Assembly (NCBI GenBank): GCA_963758495.1
Contig: CAVWVI010000003.1
Location: 1,216,001-1,280,000, forward strand
Direction of reading: 5' to 3'
Source of the DNA: Oligoflexia bacterium
GTDB lineage: Bacteria > Bdellovibrionota > UBA1018
DNA: 64,000 nucleotides
In this document: positions 1 to 12,345 of the stretch, in pieces
Layout of the letters: the number at the start of each line of letters is the position of its first letter
How positions within the stretch are numbered: the first letter of the stretch is position 1
Made by a program: the position numbers and the translations under genes
The notes under the pieces: generated by a model
Told to the model about the DNA's origin: nothing
Database searches by the model: none
The model's input: only the letters and a program-made list of their open reading frames with translations

Positions 1-932
1 ACGTCTCCAGCGGCAAGGAGTTTGCGCCGATCGGTTTCGAATTGACGAAACAATCGTTGAGAGGTTTGGATAGCTTCCTGGCAGGAAATACTTACGCCTT
101 CGAGAAAAAACGCAATCCATCCTTCCCAGTCCCCTTTTTGTCGAACAGCATCCAGACGTGTGTAATATTCCTGTTGGTTTCGTTTAAAATGGAGACTTAA
201 ATAAAGCAGCCGTGCATCCAACAACCCCCAGGCTTCAATGAGTAAAGCAATCAGTAAACGTCCTAGCCTTCCATTCCCATCTAAAAAAGGATGAATCGTC
301 TCAAATTGAACATGAATGAAGCCTATCCTAATTAAGGGATTTTCCACAGAGTGCCTGTGGAGATAGTCTTCTAATGACTCCAAGCATCGAAGCATGTCGG
401 AGGGAGGGGGTGGAACAAAGTGGGCATTACTTGGACGCGAACCTCCAATCCAGTTTTGCGAGCTTCTAAATTCTCCTGGCTTTTTGGATGCTCCCCTTAC
501 ACCTCGCATGAGGCGTTTATGCATTTCTTTGATTAGGCGCAGCGAGAGAGGAAGTCCTTTTGGATCAGAAAGTTGAACTCTTCCATATTGGAGAGAGTCT
601 AAATAGTTACAAACTTCAAGAAGATCTGCAGTTTCTCGGTCGGGATCTGCCTCATAATTGAAAAGGTCCGCTAAAGTTGCTTGAACTCCTTCAATTTGCG
701 AAGAGAGAACCGCTTCTTGTCGGACAAATGCGTAATTAAAAAAGTCTGGGCTGGGAACGAGATGAGAAGCGACTCTCAATTCTGAGAGACGCGAGGTGGC
801 TTCTTGAAGCTTTGCCTTAATCGTTGGAATTTCTTCAAGAAGTGGATCTGGAGGAAGCGGACTTGGAACAAATGCTCGAACTATTTCTCCAGCTGTGGTT
901 GTTTCGATATATTTTCCAGTGGCTCGTTGCAT
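1..932 (-). CDS. Fic family protein (class II, N-terminal inhibitory helix); 3' end lies outside the window
   Basis: Not in the ORF track because it runs off the edge. Manual translation from ATG at 932 gives MQRATGKYIETTTAGEIVRAFVPSPLPP...EAVLSSQIEG...HVQFETIHPFLDGNGRLGR, i.e. the Fic motif HPFxDGNGRxxR and inhibitory SxxxEG. Confidence 0.93.
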   Translation of the reverse strand, partial: MQRATGKYIETTTAGEIVRAFVPSPLPPDPLLEEIPTIKAKLQEATSRLSELRVASHLVPSPDFFNYAFVRQEAVLSSQIEGVQATLADLFNYEADPDRETADLLEVCNYLDSLQYGRVQLSDPKGLPLSLRLIKEMHKRLMRGVRGASKKPGEFRSSQNWIGGSRPSNAHFVPPPPSDMLRCLESLEDYLHRHSVENPLIRIGFIHVQFETIHPFLDGNGRLGRLLIALLIEAWGLLDARLLYLSLHFKRNQQEYYTRLDAVRQKGDWEGWIAFFLEGVSISCQEAIQTSQRLFRQFETDRRKLLAAGD

Positions 933-936
933 CTAT

Positions 937-1020
937 TTCTTAGTAAAGCATTCTTTACTAAGAAAATCACTTAGTAAAGAATGCTTTACTAAGAATTTTT
1001 TAAGTAAAGCGCGCTTTACT
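937..1020. promoter_or_regulatory. Three palindromic operator-like sites AGTAAAG-N4-CTTTACT directly upstream of the Fic gene
   Basis: Cores at 942-959, 973-990 and 1003-1020, spaced 31 and 30 bp. The first extends to a 28-bp palindrome (937-964). Confidence 0.65.
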
Positions 1021-1545
1021 ATGCTTCTTATATACGCTTTAGATGCCAATCAAAGGTTAAATAGACAACTCAATAAATCGGGGTAGACGCACGGCCGCGC
1101 TGCACTATCGGTAAGCAGCATTTTAGTGAGGCCAAAACCTTGGCCGCGGAACGTGCACTCGTGTACGATTACAAAGTGCTTCAGTGATATTCTTCCTGAA
1201 ATGTAAAGTAAACTGGCCAACCAGCGGGTGGTACCCCTACTTTCTTTACTAATTCGATAATTTGGCCAGCAAGCATATGAAAAACAGAGCGCATACTAAA
1301 CTTTATATAAATACTAAATCCAATATCCCCGGACATCACCACTCCTCACCGCTCACTACTCCAAACCTCCAACACGAAACAAAACGAGACACCTCCTCCT
1401 TGCCAGGCGGACTGCGATCCCGCCCTATGAGCACAGAAGTCTCTCGCCAGTGCCTCACCAGCCAAAATAAGCCCCACCATTAAGTCGCCCGGAGTGCCTC
1501 AGGTATGACCTCAATTTTGGAAGCGGTCGCATTGTGGATTGAATT

Positions 1546-2517
1546 CTAACTTGAATGCGGCGCGGCCGTACCTCCACCCTCCGTACTCTCCATACCCTCC
1601 ACACGCTCCGCAATGCGCAGTTTCGCACTTCTGGAGCGCGGGTTTCGCTGTCTTTCCTCTTCATCCGCCTGAATCGGTTTTTTTGTAAGCGAATGGAAAT
1701 AATTCCGCTCTTTAAATTTAATCTTCACTTTTCGATCTTCAAGCGAATGAAAACTCAAAATCGCGACTCTTCCACCTGGCTTGATTCCAACGATCGCCTG
1801 CTCTAATAAAGCATCCAGCTGAGAGAGCTCTTCATTAACCGCAATTCTTAAAGCCTGAAATGTTCGGGTCGCCGCATGAATGCGCCCATGGCGAGCCTGA
1901 GGCGGAATCGCTCTCACTACGGTATCCACTAATTCTTGAGTAGTCGAAGGGAGCTGCCCCGTTCGACGACGTGCAATAATCGCGGCGGCAATCCGTCTGG
2001 AAAATCGCTCCTCTCCCCATTCACGTAACAAAGTCTCAAGTTCACTTTCAGTAATCTGACTCAGAAGTTCTTTACAACTCATTCCACGAGTTGGATCGAG
2101 TCTCATATCCAAAGGACCGGCAGTTTGAAAACTCAGCCCGCGACTCGGGTCGTCCAACTGATCACTTGAAAACCCAAGGTCTGCCATCAGTCCAAGAACG
2201 GGATAGTCTCGAAGGAGATCCGCACATTCTCCAAATCGTCGATGCACGAGGACTAATTCGCCTTTGGCAATTTCTTCTTTAAATCGAATCTGTGCCCTTT
2301 GAATTGCAGACTCATCTTGATCCAAAGCAAGGACTTTGTGTCTTCGTAATTCAGGCCGTGAAGCAAAGGCCTCCAAAAATGCCGAGCAATGCCCCCCCCC
2401 ACCTAAAGTACAATCGACGATCCAATGAGGACCTTCGTTTAGGGGAAGATTCAAAAAGGGTTCAAGCAATGCCTTTAAAATGGGCTCTACTAAAATGGGA
2501 ACATGAACAGTGGACAT
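1546..2517 (-). CDS. rsmH: 16S rRNA m4C1402 methyltransferase RsmH
   Basis: HVPIL, DCTLGGGGH, DLGFSSDQLD, PLDMRLD, ATRTFQALRIAVNEEL, SFHSLEDR and NPRSRSAKLR motifs. Start taken at ATG 2517 (ORF open from 2535). Confidence 0.97.
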   Translation of the reverse strand: MSTVHVPILVEPILKALLEPFLNLPLNEGPHWIVDCTLGGGGHCSAFLEAFASRPELRRHKVLALDQDESAIQRAQIRFKEEIAKGELVLVHRRFGECADLLRDYPVLGLMADLGFSSDQLDDPSRGLSFQTAGPLDMRLDPTRGMSCKELLSQITESELETLLREWGEERFSRRIAAAIIARRRTGQLPSTTQELVDTVVRAIPPQARHGRIHAATRTFQALRIAVNEELSQLDALLEQAIVGIKPGGRVAILSFHSLEDRKVKIKFKERNYFHSLTKKPIQADEEERQRNPRSRSAKLRIAERVEGMESTEGGGTAAPHSS

Positions 2518-2531
2518 AGCCGATCCACTTA

Positions 2532-3788
2532 TCACTTTTTTGCGACAGTCTTGTAATGAATCGCACCTTTAAAATAATTTTCGATCGCTCGACGAGCCAG
2601 ATAAGACGATTTCACTCTCCATTGCTTTTCATGGATAGTCAGGGCAGCCACTGCAATTCGGCGAGAGGTTGAATCGGCGTAACCTACAAACCAGTCGTAC
2701 TTTCCGCGAGGATCACTTCCCGTCAATGAACCCGTTTTTCCTCCTACATCCAGAAACATGAAGTCCTTCTTAAAAAATCCTCTGAAAGACCCTCGAGAGG
2801 TCCCATGCAATATCGTTTCTTTCATCAAGGATCGAATCACACTGGCTGTTGAGCTATCCATCGCTATAGAGGCTACTTTAGGCTCTACGGCATAAAGGAG
2901 GCTTCCATCATCGGCCTTGGCTATAGACTGAACCATATAAGGCTCCATCATCACGCCATCATTCGCAACTGCAGCAGCAATGAGTGCTCCTTGAATCGGG
3001 CTCATTGTGTTGTGTAGGGTGAATCCCGATGCGCTTTCCGCTAATCCCCAAGTGTCTTCAGGGATTAAGGCCTTACCTTCCTGAATTTGTACATCGGATG
3101 AGATTTTGTGATTAAATCCAAATCTTGCGGCATATTGCCTTAAAACATCAAACCCAACTGTAAAAGCTCCAATTTTTCCAAAAACCGTATTAATCGAATG
3201 TGCAAAAGCATCTTTTAAAGTGATAAATCGGGTCCAACGAGTAATATTGTTTTTGAGTATCTGGGTTCTGTATAAGGTATGATTTCTGCCATTATACGGT
3301 ATAATCGTCTTTGCTGAAATTTTGTTTTTCTCGATAGCTGCGGCAGCTGTAACCACTTTAAAAACCGAAGCAGAGGGAAAGGTTGCCCGAAGAGCCAGGT
3401 TCCCTGAAATTTGTTTTGCTCGTGAATAACTCACAATAGATAAAATTTTTCCCGTCACTGCGTCCATGGCCACAAATGCACCGTAGTCGGGACTGTAAGT
3501 TTGAAAAAGATTCTCCATTGCACTCTGAAGCTTAGCGTCAAAGGTATATTCTACTTTGGTGCGAACCTTTTCCTTATCATTGAGATTGAGTTCAATTTCT
3601 GCTGGAAATGTTCCTGATGAAATTGAGCTTTCCAATGCAATTGCGAGCATTTCCTTTGTTAAAACAGACTTCTTCGGAGCTACCATCAGACTTTCTGAAG
3701 ACTTACCCATACGAAAGAAGCTAAAAAGAACTATCGATCCAACAATAGACAAAAGAGCCCCGGCCTGAAGGGCCCTTGACTTCCTCAT
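2532..3788 (-). CDS. Penicillin-binding protein, transpeptidase domain with N-terminal membrane anchor
   Basis: SxxK (ASVFK), SxN (SIN) and KTG (GKTGS) motifs. ATG 3788 has an AAGGAG RBS (ORF open from 3875). Confidence 0.9.
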   Translation of the reverse strand: MRKSRALQAGALLSIVGSIVLFSFFRMGKSSESLMVAPKKSVLTKEMLAIALESSISSGTFPAEIELNLNDKEKVRTKVEYTFDAKLQSAMENLFQTYSPDYGAFVAMDAVTGKILSIVSYSRAKQISGNLALRATFPSASVFKVVTAAAAIEKNKISAKTIIPYNGRNHTLYRTQILKNNITRWTRFITLKDAFAHSINTVFGKIGAFTVGFDVLRQYAARFGFNHKISSDVQIQEGKALIPEDTWGLAESASGFTLHNTMSPIQGALIAAAVANDGVMMEPYMVQSIAKADDGSLLYAVEPKVASIAMDSSTASVIRSLMKETILHGTSRGSFRGFFKKDFMFLDVGGKTGSLTGSDPRGKYDWFVGYADSTSRRIAVAALTIHEKQWRVKSSYLARRAIENYFKGAIHYKTVAKK

Positions 3789-4040
3789 AATTGAAATCTC
3801 CTTTGAAACAAAACTACGAATACAACATAATATGTACGAACTTCGAACGAAAATAGTTTTGAAACCATCTAACATCTAGACTCCATATGCTGCTACCAAT
3901 TTAATTGTATCCACGATTTTTCGCAGTTTCATTAAGACATTTCTGCCTACTCCCAACCATACAAAGCCGTTTGGATCGTAAGCACATAATTTGAAGAGTA
4001 TGCTCTTGTGTCAAAGAGTTGCCAAATGTAAGCTAAACCA

Positions 4041-6688
<2,648 letters not shown>

Positions 6689-6720
6689 GTGATCAGCGGG
6701 ACTCCTTGCAGTACTTACTC

Positions 6721-8702
6721 TTAATCCTGCATTTTTCCCTTGGAACGTGACAACAAATCAGCTGGAGTTTGCCCGTTGTTATCTTTTACGTTCAATGACT
6801 CAGGGTAATTCTTTGCTAGAAATTCAATGATATCTAGCTTTTCTTCCTGTGCAGCATAATGAGCTGGGGTTCGCCCATCGTTATCTTTTGCGTTCAATGA
6901 CTCAGGATATTTCTTTGATAGAAATTTAATGATACCTAGCTTATTCTTTGCTAGAAATTTAATGATATCTAGCTTTCCTTCCTGTGCAGCATAATGAGCT
7001 GGGGTTCGCCCATCGTTATCTTTTGCGTTCAATGACTCAGGATATTTCTTTGATAGAAATTTAATGATACCTAGCTTTCCTCCGTATGCAGCAAAATGCG
7101 CTGGGGTTCGCCCATCGTTATCTTTTACGTTCAATGACTCAGGGTAATTCTTTGCTAGAAATTCAATGATATCTAGCTTTCCTTCCTGTGCAGCATAATG
7201 AGCTGGGGTTCGCCCATCGTTATCTTTTGCGTTCAATGACTCAGGATATTTCTTTGATAGAAATTTAATGATACCTGCTTATTCTTTGCTAGAAATTTAA
7301 TGATATCTAGCTTTCCTTCACGTGCAGCTAAATGAGCTGGGGTTCGCCCATCGTTATCTTTTGCGTTCAAAAATTCATGCTTATTCTTTGCTAGAAATTC
7401 AATGATATCTAGCTTTCCTGCGGATGCAGCTCCATGAGCTGGGGTGTGACCATTGTTATCTTTTGCGTTCAAAGATTCATGCTTATTCTTTACTAGGAAT
7501 TCAATGATATCTAGCTTTCCTGCGTATGCAGCTAAATGAGCTGGGGTTTGACCATTGTTATCTTTTGCGTTCAATGACTCAGGATATTTCTTTGATAGAA
7601 ATTTAATGATATCTAGCTTTCCTGCATATGCGGCTATATGAGCTGGGGTTTGACCGTAGTTATCTTTTGCGTTCAAAGACTCAGGATGATTGTTTATATA
7701 CTTTTCAAAGTTACTGACACTCGCAGACCTTGCCATGTAACAAGCAGGATATTTTCCTAAAATTTCCTGCTTACAAGGTTGCTTGGGAGAGTTCCCGCAA
7801 GTAGTAAGATAAGAAAAATGCTCAACAGAAAAACCACTCGCATCACTCCATCCGTCTTTTCTTCCTTTACCGTAGCTATTAGCTATATTCCACTCATCAT
7901 GACACATAGAGCCACAACAAACCGTCCTTACGCCTGTAATGACCACTGCATGTTTATTGCCGTTCATATTTAAGGGTGTGATAGGTACTTTTTTGAAGTG
8001 ATCTTTTACTACTTCTGCAGCAGAGAGGCTCTCAGATACTTCTAATACATGAACGTTATAAGGAGGAATCGTTACTTTTTCGTGAGGAAGATGATCAATC
8101 AAGTCAAAATGAAAGGTATCTGGATTTTTGGAAATAGCAGCAGCATAGCTTGCGATATCCATGGTGCTGCTTATGATATTTTCATTGATTGAGCTAAGAA
8201 CCCCAACCGCTGATTTTTTACACCCTGGATCAATCCAATGACCACGCGATGATCTGAGCCTTGGCATAATGATGCGGTAAGGCATGTCTTTACTCGTTGA
8301 AATCTGATTTTCCCGGTTTTCTTGAAGTCTATATAAAACAGAGTAGGCTTTTCCACCGTCTACCGCTTCTTTTATGTTTCGATTACAAGAATTCCCAAGT
8401 ACTGAAAAGGGAGAAAGCCCTACTGGCTTTTTATTCTTATTTTGCTCATTGTAAAGGTATTCAAGCATATAAGTAGCCGCAAACCCGTAGCAGGTGCCAA
8501 AATCCAACTGATCGAAATCTTGAGTAGGTTTATATCGATCTTCTATACTCGTTTCGTCTTTAATCCGCTTTTTTTGCCCTGAAGGGCACTCTGCAGGCTG
8601 TGCAAAAGCTTGCAAAGGGGTGATTAAAAGCGAAGCTAAAGTGAGGAGGCCTAACAAGGGGGAGCAGAAGGGGGGCGGCGTGAGGGGCCTAAGCTTGGGC
8701 AT
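6721..8702 (-). pseudogene. Secreted papain-like (C1/CA clan) protease-ankyrin repeat protein, copy 1; 1-bp frameshift near 7277 (ORFs 7233-8702 and 6721-7236; ~660 aa if repaired)
   Basis: Signal peptide; QLDFGTCYGFA, KHAVVITG and IANSYG motifs; 33-aa ankyrin repeats (G.TPAH.AA..GKLDII.FL). GATACCTGCTT at 7270 lacks the A present in the sister repeat GATACCTAGCTT at 6931. Confidence 0.8.
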
Positions 8703-8795
8703 GATCTTATGATTCTAGTGGAATGAAACTAAATCATCAACTAGACAGGGTTAAGATCTCCATAAGAGATATATCATAAAATATATCGGTAAATT

Positions 8796-10007
8796 TTACG
8801 GTATAAACGGAAATAATTCCTTAGTTAAACTTATTTCAGGACCAAGGATCTTGAGAAAGTCATCTACAGGAATACACATAATCTGATCATGAGCTTCAAC
8901 TTGTTTTCCTCGATAAAGAAAAAAAAGTTTGGCTTCAGGATAGTCCTGTCCAAAAGTACGCAATCCTTTAAGGTCTTCACTACGAATTCGATTTGAATTT
9001 TTGACCTCAATCGCAACAAACTCATTTTTTCCATAGATCACAAAATCCACTTCCACCTCCGACCGAGTTCGCCAAAAACTTATCGAAATAGATGGATCTC
9101 TATAATCCACCCAAGCCCTGAGATGTTGATGCACAAGGGTTTCTAAGCCTATTCCCTCAATACTTCGAGAATCATCCAGAGGCCCCATGGGCCTCAATGT
9201 TCTGTAGATTCCACAATCAAAAAAATAAAACTTAGAATGCCAACTGAGTTCTCGTTTCGCTCTTCTCTGAAAGACACCTAATCGAGTCCCGATGAGTAGA
9301 TCTTCAATCAACTCGACGTAAGCTTCGGCTGTTTTCTGCTGAACATGAGCTTCTCGACCCATCGCGCTAACATTGAGTGGAGACCCTTGGGAAAAAGTCA
9401 TCACTTCCAGGAAACGAGCAAAACTATCTAGATTTCTTGTCAACCGTTCTTGTAATACTTCTTCTCTGAGATAAGTTCCGATATAAGAACTCAGACTCTC
9501 GCTCGGGTTTTCTGACGCCCAGACTACAGGGAGAGTTCCCATCTCTAACGCCTGAGTTAAACTCCACTGAGAGCCTAGCTCTTTCGCTATAAAAGGATGG
9601 AAATGAAGAGTCAGAGCCCGGCCTGCCAAAAGATCAGCTCCCGAAGATTTCAATTTTCTACTCGATGAGCCTGTTAGGATAAAACGAATCCTCTTACCTA
9701 GGGGTCGTTCCATGAGTTCATGAACTACACTTAATAATGCAGGAACTTTTTGAACTTCATCGAGTATTACGTCGTACAGATTTCCATTTTTGGCTTTCCC
9801 ACTCCCCTGTATAACTCCCTCAATGAGAGAAATGATGGATTCCGGACGAGCCGAGTATCTAGCAAACTCTTGCGGTAATAGTAAGTTGATCATGAGGGCA
9901 TCTGGAAAGTGTCTACGCAAAAACTGGGTTTTACCAGTACCTCGGGGTCCAAATAGAAAAAAGCTCTGTTTTTGAGGAGGCTTACAAAATCGAGGTACAA
10001 GTTCCAT
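8796..10007 (-). CDS. AAA_14 + DUF4143 ATP-binding protein (C-terminal PD-(D/E)XK-like domain)
   Basis: Walker A GPRGTGKT, Walker B ILDEVQ, LTGSS, LAGRA, KFYFFDCG and EVDFV...IEVK motifs. Probable start ATG 10007. Confidence 0.88.
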   Translation of the reverse strand: MELVPRFCKPPQKQSFFLFGPRGTGKTQFLRRHFPDALMINLLLPQEFARYSARPESIISLIEGVIQGSGKAKNGNLYDVILDEVQKVPALLSVVHELMERPLGKRIRFILTGSSSRKLKSSGADLLAGRALTLHFHPFIAKELGSQWSLTQALEMGTLPVVWASENPSESLSSYIGTYLREEVLQERLTRNLDSFARFLEVMTFSQGSPLNVSAMGREAHVQQKTAEAYVELIEDLLIGTRLGVFQRRAKRELSWHSKFYFFDCGIYRTLRPMGPLDDSRSIEGIGLETLVHQHLRAWVDYRDPSISISFWRTRSEVEVDFVIYGKNEFVAIEVKNSNRIRSEDLKGLRTFGQDYPEAKLFFLYRGKQVEAHDQIMCIPVDDFLKILGPEISLTKELFPFIP

Positions 10008-10016
10008 AATGAGACT

Positions 10017-10044
10017 CATTTTAGAGTTAATAACTCTAAAATGC
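10017..10044 (-). promoter_or_regulatory. Palindromic operator overlapping a sigma70-like promoter of the AAA-DUF4143 gene
   Basis: CATTTTAGAGTTA-A-TAACTCTAAAATG. The minus strand reads TTGCAT-17 bp-TAAAAT, 10 nt before the ATG. Confidence 0.6.
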
Positions 10045-10255
10045 AATAACCCCAAAAAATCTATAGCTCACTACTGTCGCTCAGAAATTAACCGACCGTG
10101 TATAAAACCGAGAGACCAAGCCCTGGTTGGGGCGCGTTCTGTAGGATAGGTGAAAATTTCAATGGAGACACACGGTTTCAGATTTTCCTGTGGAAATAGG
10201 TTTTTTCTCACTTTAACTTTAGGCATTGCCTTGCTTCAATCGTAAGTAGTTCCTT

Positions 10256-10340
10256 TAGGGCTGTTGACAAGCATTGCAAGGAGTCCTATTGCGCCGTAAA
10301 GATTTGGATTCCCGGCGCAACAGGACTCCTTGCAATGCTT
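10256..10340. repeat. Long inverted repeat (28-bp arms, 1 mismatch, 16-nt loop) after ankyrin copy 2; REP/MITE-like element or terminator
   Basis: AAGCATTGCAAGGAGTCCTATTGCGCCG (10269-10296) pairs with CGGCGCAACAGGACTCCTTGCAATGCTT (10313-10340); preceded by TAGGGCTGTTGAC. Confidence 0.7.
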
Positions 10341-10344
10341 ACTC

Positions 10345-12054
10345 TCAATCCTGCATTTTTCCCTTGGAACGTAACAATTCAGCTGGGGTTTCGCCATCGT
10401 TATCTTTTGCGTTCAAAGACTCAGGGTAATTCTTTGTTAGAAATTCAATGATATCTAGCTTTCCTTCGTATGCAGCTATATGAGCTGGGGTTTGACCGTA
10501 GTTATCTTTTGCGTTCAAAGACTCACGATAATTCTTTGCTAGAAACTCAATGATATCTAGCTTTCCTCCGTATGCCGCTAAATGAGCAGAGGTTCGTCCG
10601 TCGTTATCTTTTGCGTTCAAAGACTTGGGGTAATTCTTTGCTAGAAATTCAATAATATCTAGCTTTCCTCCGTATGCCGCTAAATGAACTGGGGTTTGAC
10701 CATTTATATCTTTTATATTTAAAGACTCACGATGATTCTTTGCTAGAAATTCAATGATATCTAGCTTTCCTTCGTATGCAGCTAAATGAGCTGGGGTTTG
10801 ACCGTAGTTATCTTTTGCGTTCAAAGACTTAGGATAATTCTTTGCTAGAAATTCAATGATATCTAGCTTTCCTCCGTATGCCGCTAAATGAGCATAGGTT
10901 TGTCCGCTGTTATCTTTTGCGTTCAAAGACTCAGGATAATTCTTTGCTAGAAATTCAATGATATCTAGCCTTCCTTCGTATGCAGCTATATGAGCTGGGG
11001 TACTGCCGTTGTTATCTTTATCGTTCAAAGACTCAGGATGATTGTTTATAAATTTTTCAAAGTTACTGACACTCGCAGACCTTGCCATGTAACAAGCAGG
11101 ATATTTTCCTAAAATTTCCTGCTTACAAGGTTGCTTAGGAGAGTTCCCACAAGAAGTAAGATAAGAAAAATAACGAGCAGAAAAACCACTCGCATCACTC
11201 CATCCGTCTTCTATCCCTTTACCCCAGCTATTCGCTATATTCCACTCATCATGACATATGGAGCCACAACAAACCGTCCTCGCACCTGTAATGACCACTG
11301 CATGGTCCTTATCGTTCATATTTAAGGGTGTGATAGGTATTTTTTTAAAGTGATCTTTTACTTCTGCTGTAGCAGCGAGATTATCAGATACTTCTAATAC
11401 ATGCACATTATAAGGAGGTATCGTTATTTTTTCGTGAGCAAGATGATCAATCAAGTCAAAATGAAAGGTATCTGGCCTTTTGGAAATAGCAGCAGCATAG
11501 CTTGCGATATCAATGGTGCTGCTTATGATATTTTCATTGATTGAGCTAAGAACCCCAACTGCTGATTTTTTACACCCTGGATCAATCCAATGACCATCCA
11601 ATGGGCTGAGTCTTGGCATAATGATGTGGTAAGGCATGTCTTTACTCGTTGAAATCTGATTTTCTCGGTTTTCTTGAAGTCTATATAAAACAGAATAGGG
11701 GAATCCACCGTTTACCGCTTTTTTTATGTTTCGATTACAAGAATTCCCCAGTACTGATAAGGGAGAAAGGCCTACTGGCTTTTCACTCTTATTTTGCTGA
11801 TTGTAAAGGTATTCAAGCATGTAAGTGGCCGCAAACCCGTAGCAGGTGCCAAAATCCAACTGATCGAAATCTTGAGTAGGTTTATATCGATCTTCTATAC
11901 TCGTTTCGTCTTTAATCCGCTTTTTTTGCCCTGAAGGGCACTCTGCAGGCTGTGCAAAAGCTTGCAAAGGAGTGATTAAAGGCAAAGCTAAAGTGAGGAG
12001 GCCTAACAAGGGGGAGCAGAAGGGGGGCAGCGTGAGGGGCCTAAGCTTGGGCAT
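10345..12054 (-). CDS. Secreted papain-like (C1/CA clan) cysteine protease-ankyrin repeat protein, copy 2 (intact)
   Basis: Signal peptide ending AFA; Q...GTCYGFA, DHAVVITG and IANSWG motifs; about 6-7 ankyrin repeats. Confidence 0.85.
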   Translation of the reverse strand: MPKLRPLTLPPFCSPLLGLLTLALPLITPLQAFAQPAECPSGQKKRIKDETSIEDRYKPTQDFDQLDFGTCYGFAATYMLEYLYNQQNKSEKPVGLSPLSVLGNSCNRNIKKAVNGGFPYSVLYRLQENRENQISTSKDMPYHIIMPRLSPLDGHWIDPGCKKSAVGVLSSINENIISSTIDIASYAAAISKRPDTFHFDLIDHLAHEKITIPPYNVHVLEVSDNLAATAEVKDHFKKIPITPLNMNDKDHAVVITGARTVCCGSICHDEWNIANSWGKGIEDGWSDASGFSARYFSYLTSCGNSPKQPCKQEILGKYPACYMARSASVSNFEKFINNHPESLNDKDNNGSTPAHIAAYEGRLDIIEFLAKNYPESLNAKDNSGQTYAHLAAYGGKLDIIEFLAKNYPKSLNAKDNYGQTPAHLAAYEGKLDIIEFLAKNHRESLNIKDINGQTPVHLAAYGGKLDIIEFLAKNYPKSLNAKDNDGRTSAHLAAYGGKLDIIEFLAKNYRESLNAKDNYGQTPAHIAAYEGKLDIIEFLTKNYPESLNAKDNDGETPAELLRSKGKMQD

Positions 12055-12114
12055 AAGCTTATAATTCTAGGGGAATTAAAGTAAATCATCAACTGAGCAG
12101 GGATAATCTCTTAT

Positions 12115-12300
12115 CGAGGTACAAGCCCCATAATGAGACTCATTTTAGAGTGATTAACTCTAAAATGCAATAACCCCAAAAAAATCAATAGATCACAACT
12201 CCCGCTCAAAATTTAACCAACCGTGCAGAAAACCGAGAGACCAATCCCTGGTTGGGGCGCTTTCTGTAGGATACGTGAAAACTTCAATGGGGACACATGG
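12115..12300. repeat. Diverged direct copy of 9991-10176 (5' tip, operator and upstream region of the AAA-DUF4143 gene)
   Basis: CGAGGTACAAG...CATAATGAGACTCATTTTAGAGT...ACTCTAAAATGCAATAACCCC...AAAACCGAGAGACCAA.CCCTGGTTGGGGCGC occurs in both places. Confidence 0.9.
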
Positions 12301-12345
12301 GCGTTTTCATGCTACGCAGTAATAACATATTCAGAGGTATTCCCA

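Noticed and set aside
937..1020. Possible mini-CRISPR array
   Set aside because: Gaps between cores are only 12-13 bp, there are three units and no cas genes; an operator array fits better.
394..1483. Short + strand ORFs 394-576, 895-1086 and 1262-1483
   Set aside because: They are antisense to Fic, overlap its operator array, or lack any recognisable motif or RBS.
6721..11040. 99-bp periodic repeats as CRISPR or non-coding repeats
   Set aside because: They are in-frame ankyrin codons.
12223..12345. N-terminal extension of RlmE
   Set aside because: This stretch is largely the duplicated non-coding region (copy of ~10098-10176); RlmE homology starts at GTG 12346.
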